The translations under genes were made by a program, and so were the position numbers. 64,000 nt of DNA from an uncultured Spirochaetota bacterium (GTDB taxonomy: Bacteria > Spirochaetota > Spirochaetia > SZUA-6 > Fen-1364): NCBI GenBank assembly GCA_963781885.1, contig CAWAHW010000001.1:448001-512000 (forward strand). The letters are read 5' to 3'. Each line of letters opens with the position of its first letter. Positions within the stretch are counted from its first letter, which is position 1. The notes under the pieces are model-generated. The model ran no database searches and had not been told where the DNA came from. It was given only the letters and a program-made list of their open reading frames with translations. Below are positions 10,071 through 20,193 of the stretch, piece by piece.

Positions 10071-12017
10071 TCACGTGGTGTCTAGGACCTGACGCACTTT
10101 GCTCGCCAAAGTCGTGAACTGCAGAGGCTTTTGCAGGAACTGTATACCCTCGTCAAGTACACCATGATTGACCACGACGGCGCTTGTATAGCCGGACATA
10201 TAAAGCACCTTCAAAGCCCTCCTGCCGGAGCGCAGACGCTCGTAGACCTCGCGTCCGTTGGATTCCCGAAGCACAACGTCCGTGAGAAGCAGATCGATTG
10301 AACCATCATAGCCGCTTGCGAGGCTCATGCATTCCTCGGGACCTTCGGCAGCGAGCACGTTGTAGCCGAGCCGACGCAGCATCTCGCAAGCAGTATTGCG
10401 GACCAACTTGTTGTCCTCGAGCACCAAAATGGTCTCGCCAGTGCGCCCCTGCGCCGAAGCCGGCGCAGGAGCGGCCCCGCTATACGTCGGGGCGTCGGTT
10501 TCCGCGACAGGCAGATAGATTTTGAAAGTGCTGCCGTGGCCTGGTTCAGAGCATACGGTGATGCTCCCGCCATGCTGCGTGACGATGCCGTAGGCCATCG
10601 ACAAGCCCAATCCGGTGCCGCGACCTCGCGCCTTGGTCGTGAAAAATGGCTCAAATATATGGGCCTGTGTTTGTTCATCCATTCCGTTGCCTGTATCGCT
10701 GACGGCGAGCTGGACATAGGAACCAGGATGAACCTCGGGATGGTTGGCGGCGTATTCCGCGTCGATCTGCACCTCCTGGACTTCGATAGTCAGCGTACCA
10801 CCCGCGGGCATAGCGTCCTGGGCATTGACGGCAAGGTTAAGCAGTACCTGTTCGATCTGCCCTGCGTCGGCGAGCACGGAGCGAGAGTTTGATACTGGCA
10901 CCATCAGCATGCGGATATCCTCGCGAAGCGTACGCCGTAGTATGAGCTCGAAGCGCCGTACGACTTCTCCCAAGTTCGTCCGTCGTAGCTCCAGAACTTG
11001 TTTGCGGCCAAAAGCAAGCAAGTTCTGAGTCAGCTCCTTGAGTCGCTCGGCTGCGTGCTGCATATCGCGCAGAAGAGTGGTTCGGTCGTCGTCGTTTGAG
11101 TCGAGAAGGAGTAGATCAGACCCGCCCAAAATGGGTGTCAGCAGGTTATTGAAGTCATGCGCGATGCCACCCGCGAGCATCCCGATACTTTCCATTTTCT
11201 GGGATTGGCGGAGCTGCTCTTCCAAGCGCTTGCGCTCGGTGACGTCGCGAACGATCCCGACGATGCGCTTCTCGCCGCCCGGGTCCGAAAAGCAGGTCTT
11301 CTTTGTGACGATTGTCCGCGTGCCCGCCCCCGCGGTCGTGACCTCCTCCTCGTTGATGTTCTCCCTGCCCGTCTCAAGGACAAGCTCGTCGAATGCACGG
11401 AAAATGCGTGCTTCGCTTTCTTGGAAAAGTTCGAAGTCGGACCTGCCGAGCAACTCGCCACGCGTGCGTCCGAGAAAGTCGCACATCGCTCGGTTGGCGA
11501 GCACCCAACGGTATTGATTGTCCTTGACGAACAGTGGATCGGCAATTGAGTCAATGATTTCGTCTAGATAACGGTTTGCGTGGGCGAGCTCCGCCGTACG
11601 CTCGGCTACACGCAACTCGAGCTGTGATGTAAGCTGACCGAGTTCGATATTTGTTGTTTTGAATGCCTCCTCCAGAGATACCCGGTTGGAGACGTTACGG
11701 CAAACCTCCGCGAAGGCGACAAGGAGACCCGACTCATTGAAAATGGTGGAACAGGCATTTTCCCAGAATGAGGTCGCCCCATTCGTATCGAACGCGGTCC
11801 GCAGGACTGTTGCGGACTGGCCCGTGCGGAACGCGGTCTTTAGACCACATCCTTGGCAGATCGTGCCTCTCTTTTCGTACACCTCATAACACTTCTCGCC
11901 GATATGGTTGCCAAAAACGCGCTGCATCGCCCGGTTCTGGTAGATGATAGTGAAATCGCAATCCTGAACGGTGACGCTATCGGCGAGGTATTCCAAGACC
12001 TGTTCTTGCAGCGACAT
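10071..12017 (-). CDS. PAS hybrid histidine kinase/response regulator
   Basis: Two PAS domains, [20 protein letters not shown], receiver VLEDN..TDVVL. Start taken at ATG 12017. Confidence 0.92.
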   Translation of the reverse strand: MSLQEQVLEYLADSVTVQDCDFTIIYQNRAMQRVFGNHIGEKCYEVYEKRGTICQGCGLKTAFRTGQSATVLRTAFDTNGATSFWENACSTIFNESGLLVAFAEVCRNVSNRVSLEEAFKTTNIELGQLTSQLELRVAERTAELAHANRYLDEIIDSIADPLFVKDNQYRWVLANRAMCDFLGRTRGELLGRSDFELFQESEARIFRAFDELVLETGRENINEEEVTTAGAGTRTIVTKKTCFSDPGGEKRIVGIVRDVTERKRLEEQLRQSQKMESIGMLAGGIAHDFNNLLTPILGGSDLLLLDSNDDDRTTLLRDMQHAAERLKELTQNLLAFGRKQVLELRRTNLGEVVRRFELILRRTLREDIRMLMVPVSNSRSVLADAGQIEQVLLNLAVNAQDAMPAGGTLTIEVQEVQIDAEYAANHPEVHPGSYVQLAVSDTGNGMDEQTQAHIFEPFFTTKARGRGTGLGLSMAYGIVTQHGGSITVCSEPGHGSTFKIYLPVAETDAPTYSGAAPAPASAQGRTGETILVLEDNKLVRNTACEMLRRLGYNVLAAEGPEECMSLASGYDGSIDLLLTDVVLRESNGREVYERLRSGRRALKVLYMSGYTSAVVVNHGVLDEGIQFLQKPLQFTTLASKVRQVLDTT

Positions 12018-12115
12018 AATCCCATCTCCCTCGAGCGCCAGCCCATTGGACTCGCCGCGAGTCGATAGCAAACGGCATCCGCGGATACCTCGACGCAAGA
12101 CCTATCTTCTAAATA

Positions 12116-12131
12116 AGCAATATCTATGCCA
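12116..12131 (-). promoter_or_regulatory. sigma54 -24/-12 promoter
   Basis: TGGCATAGATATTGCT is close to consensus TGGCAC-N5-TTGCW. It lies about 100 nt upstream of the kinase ATG in AT-rich DNA. Confidence 0.7.
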
Positions 12132-12350
12132 TATGTGGAGGTGGCGGTGAGCTTGGGCTATTTCTGAAAATTAGCTTGTGTATTGGCAACCAACTATAGT
12201 GAAATGATTGCGAAAGCAACAAATGTGGCTATCTCAGAATAAGAGTTGCTCACCTGATCATTCTCAACTGGAACGCTATTGGAACGGTGTGGAACATCCC
12301 GTTCAGCCAACCATGTCTCGCGAGTTTCCTTAGGTATCGCCGCACCTACC

Positions 12351-13787
12351 TTACAGCGCCACACTGATCTTGGTGCCCCCACGGCTGATCTCCAGCGTTG
12401 CGCTCCGGCCCCCGGTCGCATTTAGGGCCCTGTAGAAATCCAAAAGCGTCTCCACCTGAACTCCGTTGGCTTCCGTGATGACGTCTTGAACATGGAGCCC
12501 CGCGACGGCGGCGGGAGACTTCTCATTCGTCATCGAAGCGACAGCCACCCCGCGCGTATCCTCTGGGATCCCCCACTTGGCGCGGAGCTCCGCTGAGAGA
12601 TTCGCCACGACGAAGCCGGGCCAGAGGTCCTGCGGCTGTGCCAAGGGAACCTTGTCCCTGATGTCGCGCTCGCCAATCGTGAGAGGCAAGTTCTTCTCCT
12701 CTCCGAGTCGGACGACTGTTACGCTCGTGCCGGTACCGCTGGCGAGAGAGAGAACAGCTTGTGTCAGTTGGGCGGAGCTCTCAATCGGTGTCGACCCGAC
12801 AGCCGTCACATAGTCGCCCACCATCAAACCCGCCGCGTCCGCTGGAGAGCCTTTGTAAATTCCAAGAACAAACGATCCATTGGTGGCTGAAAGATCCATG
12901 TCCTTGGCAAGCTGTTGTGTTGGGTCAATGTGCTTGATGTCATGAATGAAAAGCCCTATCCAGCTACGTCGAAACGGCTGAAAGTCCCTCAAGACCGCAA
13001 CCGCCTTTTTCTCATAGTCTGCATAGCTAGTTCTGCGATCAAACAGATCCTTCAGCTGCTTCTCTGGCCCGGAAAGTTGAGGGTAGCCGGAGAGGGCGAA
13101 ATAATCCCCGGCGTGAACGACGTTCGGCCAGAAGTCCCTCAACCGTGGATCGTCAAGAATGAGAACGGGGGTGATCTCAGAGAACGCCCAGACCTGCCAG
13201 TCACCGATTTCAGAACTGCGATATCGCTTTCGCACAAGTTGAAAGACATTGGAAAGCAAGATCTCGTGTGCAAGCACCCTTCGCTTGAGCTCTGGACTGC
13301 CGTCGAACTTGACCCCAACCTTGTTCCCTGACCAGCTGCTGACACCCGGATGAATTGAGGAGACAACGCACGTGTACGCGGAATGAACCCACGGCGATTC
13401 TGTAGACTCCATAACCACTTGTGAATACAACGGAAGCAGGTCCTTCCACTGGGCTTCAAAGTCCGCCATGGACGCCTCAATGGCTGCACCGTTACTCTTG
13501 AAACGCTCATCAACGAGCCTGTCGGCCAAAACCCGGGCCTCAAATGGATTGACGTCGCGGATCATGCGAGCCAGTTCAACGTCGACACCCATGCTCATGG
13601 CACGAGATTCAAGCCCAGCGGGGTCGTCGTTACGGAAGAGATTCAGAACATTCTCCGCATCGGCACGTTTGTCGATGCGGAAAGAAAGTCTCAGGCCGGG
13701 AACTTCAACAGCTCGTGTCGGGGTTGTCGCGCAGCCCAGTAAAGCCAACAAGAGGCCAACGCAACACACGACTCTGTTGACCTTCAT
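12351..13787 (-). CDS. Lipoprotein with uncharacterised N-terminal domain and two DegP-like PDZ domains
   Basis: Lipobox LLG-C. GSPADAAGL..GDYVT and SPAAVAGL..DVIT PDZ motifs. No HtrA GNSGG motif. Confidence 0.85.
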   Translation of the reverse strand: MKVNRVVCCVGLLLALLGCATTPTRAVEVPGLRLSFRIDKRADAENVLNLFRNDDPAGLESRAMSMGVDVELARMIRDVNPFEARVLADRLVDERFKSNGAAIEASMADFEAQWKDLLPLYSQVVMESTESPWVHSAYTCVVSSIHPGVSSWSGNKVGVKFDGSPELKRRVLAHEILLSNVFQLVRKRYRSSEIGDWQVWAFSEITPVLILDDPRLRDFWPNVVHAGDYFALSGYPQLSGPEKQLKDLFDRRTSYADYEKKAVAVLRDFQPFRRSWIGLFIHDIKHIDPTQQLAKDMDLSATNGSFVLGIYKGSPADAAGLMVGDYVTAVGSTPIESSAQLTQAVLSLASGTGTSVTVVRLGEEKNLPLTIGERDIRDKVPLAQPQDLWPGFVVANLSAELRAKWGIPEDTRGVAVASMTNEKSPAAVAGLHVQDVITEANGVQVETLLDFYRALNATGGRSATLEISRGGTKISVAL

Positions 13788-13959
13788 GCCTTGCCTGCCT
13801 TTCTGACATATTCCGAATATAACTCGATACTCATCGCGGCGTCCCTGCAATCGCGAATCGTTCGCCGTTTCGCGTTCTTATGGCGAATCGACCACGCCAT
13901 GTCCACCTTGCGTTCTCCCCGAGTGCGCGCAGCGATTCCGCCCAGTCGCCACGCGGTCT

Positions 13960-14514
13960 TCACCGCCTGAGGAGACGAAGCGCGTATACAAGGCAGCCAA
14001 GATCGAGGAGTACGAGCAAAAGCATCAGCGCGAACGGAATCCGCAGGGAGAGGGCAAGCCCGCCACCGGCCGCAAGCAGTCCCAGCGCAAACGCCTTTGC
14101 AAGAGAGACGACGTGCCTTTTCATCTCCTGCTCTTCGACCCGATCGTAACGACCCGGCCGCCTGTCGGTATGCGGCGATTCTCCAGGGCCCGCCGCTCCG
14201 TCCCCGTCGCGCAGGAAACGTTCGTGCTCCGCCAGGTCCCAGGCGGCCAGCGCCAGCGCACCCCCGGGAACCACGAGCAGCGCGGGCGCTCCTGCGACAG
14301 CCGCCGCTGCCGCGGCGCACACCATCGCCGCCAGGAAGACGTGCGCCGCCCACCCGCCGCGAGCCTTTGCCGGGAGCAACAGAAGCGCGCCCGGCAGCGC
14401 CGCGAGGCAGGCCGCGGGACCAAGGCCGATTTCCACGTACGCCGCCGCAAGGCACGCCACCGAAGCCGCAAGAGTGCCGAGAAGCGGGAGGCGGCGCGCG
14501 AACCCCGCCGTCAT
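13960..14514 (-). CDS. Membrane protein (MoxR cluster)
   Basis: Multiple hydrophobic helices. ATGA overlap with the DUF58 gene stop. Confidence 0.7.
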   Translation of the reverse strand: MTAGFARRLPLLGTLAASVACLAAAYVEIGLGPAACLAALPGALLLLPAKARGGWAAHVFLAAMVCAAAAAAVAGAPALLVVPGGALALAAWDLAEHERFLRDGDGAAGPGESPHTDRRPGRYDRVEEQEMKRHVVSLAKAFALGLLAAGGGLALSLRIPFALMLLLVLLDLGCLVYALRLLRR

Positions 14515-15794
14515 CGTCCGACTCCTCCCGCACATCCACGGGACCGCTGCAAGGCGCGGCGGACCAGCGGCGCCAGAGACGCTCCGACCTTCCAGTCGAT
14601 GACGCGAATCCCCAGCTCCGCCACCCGTTGCAGGTCAAGTCGTCTCTCCACGCGGGCCAGTCGGCTGGCGAGCCGGCTCACCGCGTCCCGGGCATCATGT
14701 TTCATGAAGTCGACAGGGTCCGGAGAGACGAGAAGCCCTTCGTTGCCCCTCGCGCGCAACCGGGGGAAGAGCTCACGCTCCTTGCCGGTCAGTGGGCTTA
14801 TGACGACGATCAAGGCACGGGTGGAAAACACACGCAGCGGTACCCTGTCGAGGGTGCAGCGGGATGACTCGGCATCCGCGTGGACCCCGGCAAGAGCACG
14901 GAGGATTCTATAGAGCTGCACCTTCCCGTAGCCCGGGGGCACGATGCCAATGGTTGCCTGCAGAAGGGCCAGGCCCACGCGATTTCCTCCCCGCAGGAAC
15001 ATCTCGGCGAGGGACGCCGCCGCGTCGACGGAAATCCGCGCCAAATCACGCGTGCCGGATCTGAGGTTGATCTCCGATCGCGCATCGAGGACGAGCCCGA
15101 CATCCGCAATCTCCTCCTGCTCGTTCTCACAGGTGAAGAGCTGCCCGGGATGTCGGGCGGCGCGCCCCCAATCCAGTCGGCGCATCTCGTCCCCGGGCCG
15201 ATACTCGCGAATACCCCAGAAGTCCGTTCCGCTTCCGGCCCGGCCCCCGAGTATCGACCCGGGAGAGTGCAGCGTCCGCTCCGGGCTCAAAGCGAAGGGC
15301 CGGAACCTTCTGACGCGCGGGAGAATGACGATCCCCCCCTCCGCCGGAAGGTCCACCGCTTTTTTGAACAGGCGAAATTGATCCGCGGCGACAACGTGCA
15401 CAGCGTCCCAGTGAATCACGCCCGTCAGCGCGTGAAAGACGTACTCCAGATTCATGGTTTGACCCGGGCGGAGGCTTCCGCATTTTGACGCGCTTCCGGT
15501 TCTGAGGCCTACACCGCCCGGAAGGGCGTCCGAAAGCCGCAGCGCGCCGACGGAAGCTCCCTCGTTCCTCACCCGCACGGTGACGTGCACGAGGGCGGTC
15601 GCCGCTGTCCGAACCGAATCCACCGAGCGTTCTGCGCTCAACTGCAGGCGGGAGGGCGGCGCCTCCCGCAGTCCCACCGCGACGTACGCGATGAATGGGA
15701 GAGACAGCAAGGCCAGCGTACCGCTGCGGGTGACGAGCGCGCCGAGCAGGAGCCCGATCCCGATCATGCAGATGAAGAGGCCCCGGCGGCTCAT
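14511..15794 (-). CDS. DUF58 domain protein
   Basis: GSGTDFWGIREYRPGDEMRRLDW motif, LVLD, adjacent to MoxR. Confidence 0.9.
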   Translation of the reverse strand: MSRRGLFICMIGIGLLLGALVTRSGTLALLSLPFIAYVAVGLREAPPSRLQLSAERSVDSVRTAATALVHVTVRVRNEGASVGALRLSDALPGGVGLRTGSASKCGSLRPGQTMNLEYVFHALTGVIHWDAVHVVAADQFRLFKKAVDLPAEGGIVILPRVRRFRPFALSPERTLHSPGSILGGRAGSGTDFWGIREYRPGDEMRRLDWGRAARHPGQLFTCENEQEEIADVGLVLDARSEINLRSGTRDLARISVDAAASLAEMFLRGGNRVGLALLQATIGIVPPGYGKVQLYRILRALAGVHADAESSRCTLDRVPLRVFSTRALIVVISPLTGKERELFPRLRARGNEGLLVSPDPVDFMKHDARDAVSRLASRLARVERRLDLQRVAELGIRVIDWKVGASLAPLVRRALQRSRGCAGGVGR

Positions 15795-16819
15795 GTCTCA
15801 CGGGCCCGGCCTGCGGCCGCCCGGGCCGGGACTACCGGGACGGGGACCTGGCGCAGGACTTCGTCGATCACTCCCCGATCCGACATTTTCACGTCCCACA
15901 GCGATGGGTCCAGGATGACGCGGTGAGCGAGGACAGGCTGGACGAACGGCTTGACATCATCCGGAATGACGTAGTCCCGCCCCTGCATGGCAGCCCACGC
16001 GCGTGCGAGCTTGAGCATCGCGAGTGACGCCCGCGGGCTGGCACCGACGACAACGTGGCGGTGCTGGCGGGTCTTGCCTACCACATCCACGATATAGCGG
16101 CCGACGTCAGGATCCACCCAGACCCGTTCCGCCGCCTCGCGCATGGCCAGGAGATCCTCCGGGCGAATCACTGCGTGCAAGTCCACCCGGTCCGTCATTC
16201 GCTCGGCCCGGCGGCGGAGGATCTGCGCTTCCTCTTCAGCGGTCGGGTACCCGACGGAAAGGCGGACGATGAAACGGTCGAGTTGGGCCTCCGGAAGAGG
16301 GAAGGTGCCTTCCGCCTCGATGGGGTTCTGCGTCGCGACGACGATGAACGGCGACGGCAGCCTTTCGGTCTCTCCTTCCAGCGTCACCTGCTGCTCCTGC
16401 ATGGCCTCCAGGAGGGCGGACTGCGTCTTGGGCGAGGCCCTGTTGATCTCGTCGGCGAGCAGCATCTGCGCGAAGATCGGTCCCCTGCGCAGGAGGAAAC
16501 TGTTCTCACTGCTGGAGAACACGTATCCGCCGGTGATGTCCCCGGGAAGCAGGTCGGGTGTGAACTGGATGCGCTTGAAGCTCATCCCCAGCGCCTCGGC
16601 GAACGAGTTGGCGATCAAGGTCTTGGCGAGGCCGGGATAGTCCTCTAGCAGGATGTGGCCTCCGGAGGAGAGCATCGCCGCCATCATCATCTCGAGAACG
16701 GGCCGCTTGCCGATGATGGCCTTTTCCACTTCCTGGATGACCGCGGCGCAGGTATCCGCGACTTGTTGTGCAGAGAGGGGCTTCTGTCGATCAGTGTCGG
16801 GCATCGGAATCGAGCTCAT
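15791..16819 (-). CDS. moxR: MoxR-family AAA+ ATPase
   Basis: HILLEDYPGLAKT, RIQFTPDLLPGDITG, LADEINRASPKTQSALLEAM, ATQNPIE, LPEAQLDRF. Confidence 0.95.
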   Translation of the reverse strand: MSSIPMPDTDRQKPLSAQQVADTCAAVIQEVEKAIIGKRPVLEMMMAAMLSSGGHILLEDYPGLAKTLIANSFAEALGMSFKRIQFTPDLLPGDITGGYVFSSSENSFLLRRGPIFAQMLLADEINRASPKTQSALLEAMQEQQVTLEGETERLPSPFIVVATQNPIEAEGTFPLPEAQLDRFIVRLSVGYPTAEEEAQILRRRAERMTDRVDLHAVIRPEDLLAMREAAERVWVDPDVGRYIVDVVGKTRQHRHVVVGASPRASLAMLKLARAWAAMQGRDYVIPDDVKPFVQPVLAHRVILDPSLWDVKMSDRGVIDEVLRQVPVPVVPARAAAGRARET

Positions 16820-17480
16820 CTGTCATCTCCAATCGTGTCTCCAGGAATGCCAGGACTTCGTCGACGGACCGTTCGTAGGCCGTCTCCCGGCGGCGTCTGG
16901 ACAAGGGGGCCCGCGCCGTCGCCGTGAGCGACCCCAGGGCGGCCTGCACGCGCCTGCGGGGATTCTCAAAGAAAGAAGGGGCGTGCCCTCGTGGAAGGGT
17001 CGACGCAAACAGAAAATCGTAGATGCCCGGCGGAATCGCGATCTGCCGCTCCTGCAGCGCATCACGCACCTGGTACGGCGCACCTCCGGGATGGGACGTG
17101 GTATAGAGGGACGACAACAGCCACCCCAGGTCGCGCCGAAGGGAGTCCTGAGACGGCTCAGAATCGATGTTCAGCAGGATCACGTTCCTCCAGTCGCGCG
17201 CCGGGTCCCACGCCGCTGCAGAAAAGAAGAAGCCCGCGACGCCGGACGTGGTCGTGCCGTGAGCCAGGAAGAGGACCAGGCCGATGACGGCTGCCGCAAT
17301 GACACCCCACCAATAGACCTCCTGGCCGATGCTCAGGACGAAGATGCGAAGAACGAGCCACAAGGACGTTGCTGCAGGCAGGATGATCTCTTGTAGAAAG
17401 AATTGCGGGAAGAGGAGAACCAGCAGGAGCACGACGCCGGGAAATGCAGCCGCGAGAACGAGACGAACCGGTTTATTCAT
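16791..17480 (-). CDS. Hypothetical membrane protein (MoxR cluster)
   Basis: N-terminal TM helices. ATGA overlap with the upstream gene. Confidence 0.65.
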   Translation of the reverse strand: MNKPVRLVLAAAFPGVVLLLVLLFPQFFLQEIILPAATSLWLVLRIFVLSIGQEVYWWGVIAAAVIGLVLFLAHGTTTSGVAGFFFSAAAWDPARDWRNVILLNIDSEPSQDSLRRDLGWLLSSLYTTSHPGGAPYQVRDALQERQIAIPPGIYDFLFASTLPRGHAPSFFENPRRRVQAALGSLTATARAPLSRRRRETAYERSVDEVLAFLETRLEMTDELDSDARH

Positions 17481-18358
17481 GCGGTCTCCCCCGCCGGCGC
17501 GGCTCGACGGCTGTGCTCGAGAATGGCATCCAGGCATGCAATGGCGGTCCTTTCGTCGCCTGAAACCGGCTCCTGGAGACTGTAGCGTGCCGCTTCGAAG
17601 AGGCGCGTGAGCTGGTGCACGGGATCTCGTGGAATGCCCTTGTCCGTCAGGAGCGACTCGAACTCACCGGCGGTCATGAACGTCTCACGCTCGATCCCCC
17701 GCTCTTCCTGAAGGGCCGCGGACATGAAGGTGTAGCACCGAATTATCACGTCGCGGAGGTCGCCACCGTTCAGGAGAGCCTGTCTGGCCCGGGCCACTTC
17801 CTGCACCCACGGACGCGTCTCCGGGCGACGTCGGGCCAGGAGCACGCGGAGGGACAGCGCCACCAGGAGTGCGCCCAGCACGATCCCTGCCACCCAAAAA
17901 AGGAACGCCGGCACAGGCCCAAGGGGCGCGGTCGCCAGTGGTCGAGGCTGAGGCAGCGGCCCCTCCCTCGCACTGCCTCCCGACCGCGGGAGCAGGCTTG
18001 CCACCACGAGCACGACGCACGCGACGAGCCCGATCTTCCATAATAATGACCATGAATCCGCAAGCAGTTTCTTCCAGGGAACACCGCGCATGGCGCGGAT
18101 CAGGAACGCGAGCAGGCACACGCCGAGCACGATCAGCCCCAGGATTGCGCCAAAGGACCCCATTCCCATTCCCACCGGGGCCTCGTCCCGCGCCGGCGCA
18201 AAGATCTGGCCGTTTTCGAAGGAGGGGAGAGGCATGCCCGGCTGGAACACCAGGTGCGGCAGCCCCGCCGCGATGACCGCAGTCAGGCAGAGGGAAAGGA
18301 GGAGGAGAAACAGGCAGCGCTTGTCTGATCCTGAAGTTGCACGTCTCTTTTGCGACAT
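17477..18358 (-). CDS. DUF4129-like membrane protein
   Basis: TM segments followed by IIRCY..TAGEF..LTRLFEAARYS. Confidence 0.8.
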   Translation of the reverse strand: MSQKRRATSGSDKRCLFLLLLSLCLTAVIAAGLPHLVFQPGMPLPSFENGQIFAPARDEAPVGMGMGSFGAILGLIVLGVCLLAFLIRAMRGVPWKKLLADSWSLLWKIGLVACVVLVVASLLPRSGGSAREGPLPQPRPLATAPLGPVPAFLFWVAGIVLGALLVALSLRVLLARRRPETRPWVQEVARARQALLNGGDLRDVIIRCYTFMSAALQEERGIERETFMTAGEFESLLTDKGIPRDPVHQLTRLFEAARYSLQEPVSGDERTAIACLDAILEHSRRAAPAGETA

Positions 18359-18566
18359 CTTCCGTTTCGCGTGCCTCGAGTGGCGATTCCCCGCCAATGG
18401 GTTCGCCCACGTAAAATTTCAACGTCCTTCGAAGGATTCCCGATTTTCAACGAACACTCCATTATCCTCCGGAACGGAGATCTGGCAACCTCCCGATGCG
18501 CACCCGGTCAAGGAAGAAGCTGCGTCTCTGCGCCGGTAATGAGACGATTGCCAGGAACCTGCGCGC

Positions 18567-19211
18567 TTACTGCGAGGCTTCCTGGAGTTGTCGATAGCCG
18601 GCGCTCCCTCTCGCCTGCGCATTGTTCTGCGCGTAATCAAAGGCCGTCTTTCCCGCACCATCTCTGGCTCTCGCATCAGCGCCCGCATTCAAGAGAGCCA
18701 AAATCACCTGGGGGTTTGGGTTGGACTTGGCAGCGTACATGAGCGGGGTGAGACCGAGATTCTCGTCCTGAGCGTTGACGTCGGCGCCAGCGGCAAGAAG
18801 GGCACCGATCGCCGCAGCATTCGTATTGTTCGCGGCTGCATACATCAAGGCAGTCGCACCATACAGGTTCCTTTCCTCGATATTTGCACCTGACTTGATG
18901 AGCGTCATGATCACTTCTGGATTCTGGTTTCGAGAAGCGGCCAGCATGAGCGGCGTCTCACCGGATATGTTCTGCGCATTGATGTGGGCACCGGCTTTGA
19001 GGAGCATCGTGATCACCTCCATGTTTTCGGTGAACCCGGCGGCTTCCATAAGGGGAGTGAGGTCGTCCTTGTCCCAGGCATTCACGTCCGCACCGTGACC
19101 AATGGCAGCTTGTACGCTTTTTGCGCTTCCGTTCTTTACAAGCTCTGAGAAATCCTCCATCTGTGCATATGCCGATGCCGCCAGAAGGAATGAAAGAAAC
19201 AGAACGATCAT
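18567..19211 (-). CDS. Secreted ankyrin-repeat protein
   Basis: Signal peptide ending ASAYA-Q. Repeated TPLMxAA..LLxAGADVN. The ORF-track start at 19655 is over-extended. Confidence 0.9.
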   Translation of the reverse strand: MIVLFLSFLLAASAYAQMEDFSELVKNGSAKSVQAAIGHGADVNAWDKDDLTPLMEAAGFTENMEVITMLLKAGAHINAQNISGETPLMLAASRNQNPEVIMTLIKSGANIEERNLYGATALMYAAANNTNAAAIGALLAAGADVNAQDENLGLTPLMYAAKSNPNPQVILALLNAGADARARDGAGKTAFDYAQNNAQARGSAGYRQLQEASQ

Positions 19212-19603
19212 TCGCTTCGTTACTTTTCCTCCAATGCGCCCATAGAGCGTCCTCTCATTCCAGAAAGACAAAGGGATGGGCCATCGTCGACTCTCGACTC
19301 TTTCGAAAAGTCCGGCGCGATTCGCCAAAGGCGCCACCGCGCCATTCCACGCCGTCCCGGGTGGGCCCGCAAGACGCATTTTTCCCCCTTTGCCATGTCT
19401 TTCTCCGTGCGGCGTCGGGTCTTTTGGAAAAGGTCCGTGGCCCTCGAATATCTGAGGCGTTTTCTTTTCTGTAAGACGGCCGTGAGCTCGTTGGACGATA
19501 CACCCCGTACCAGGGTCGGTCAACGACGGAAGAGGGGCGAAAGGCACGGCGTGTTCGCCATCCCGACCGTATCTCCTGCGGGAGCCGTTGCGCAGAATGG
19601 GTG

Positions 19604-19612
19604 TGGTATAAT
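19604..19612 (+). promoter_or_regulatory. Extended -10 promoter element
   Basis: TGGTATAAT about 90 nt upstream of ORF 19701. Confidence 0.45.
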
Positions 19613-19700
19613 CCAATACGGCGAGCAGTCGGATCGTTCTTTGCAGACCCGCCACGCGTATCGTCTGATCGTCGGCCGTTCTTCTTGAGGGAGGTGAGTC

Positions 19701-19907
19701 ATGGAAGGCTTTGCCTTTTTTTCAAGTCTGGCTGATTTTCCTTCGGCCCTTCAGCTTGGTATGCAAGAATTCAACAAAAAGAACCCCGATGCGATTGTGA
19801 AGTTCATTTCACAAAGCCAGAGCGGAACGCATCCTGATGAAACCGCGGTGTGCCTGACCATTTTCTACGAACGATCCGATCAACAGACAGGGAATCGTCC
19901 GCTGTAA
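19701..19907 (+). CDS. Small hypothetical protein (68 aa)
   Basis: Strong SD GGGAGGTGA before the ATG and an upstream extended -10. Confidence 0.6.
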   Translation: MEGFAFFSSLADFPSALQLGMQEFNKKNPDAIVKFISQSQSGTHPDETAVCLTIFYERSDQQTGNRPL

Positions 19908-20193
19908 GCTCGCTGGCATCCTCTTGCCAGGAGAGGTGCAACTCATATCCTCAGTCGCCATTGCATGGAAGAGCTCCGCCGTGTTTCGGTGAACCCTCAC
20001 CGGGGGTTCCAACGGTAGATGTCGCGCCAGTCTGGCTGCGAGGTGATATAATAAGCCCAAAAATGAAAGATCGAGCTGTCAAGATTCAACCTTAAGTCTG
20101 GCAAGCTTCTACAGTTCACTCCGATCTCCGCTGCCATGCGAATGGTTTGTTTGCAGGAGAACCTGAACTGTGCGGTCCTGCGGAGGCAGTGCA

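Noticed and set aside
19212-19655. Long N-terminal extension of the ankyrin ORF
   Set aside because: The signal peptide and GGAGG RBS place the start near 19211. The extension is not protein-like.
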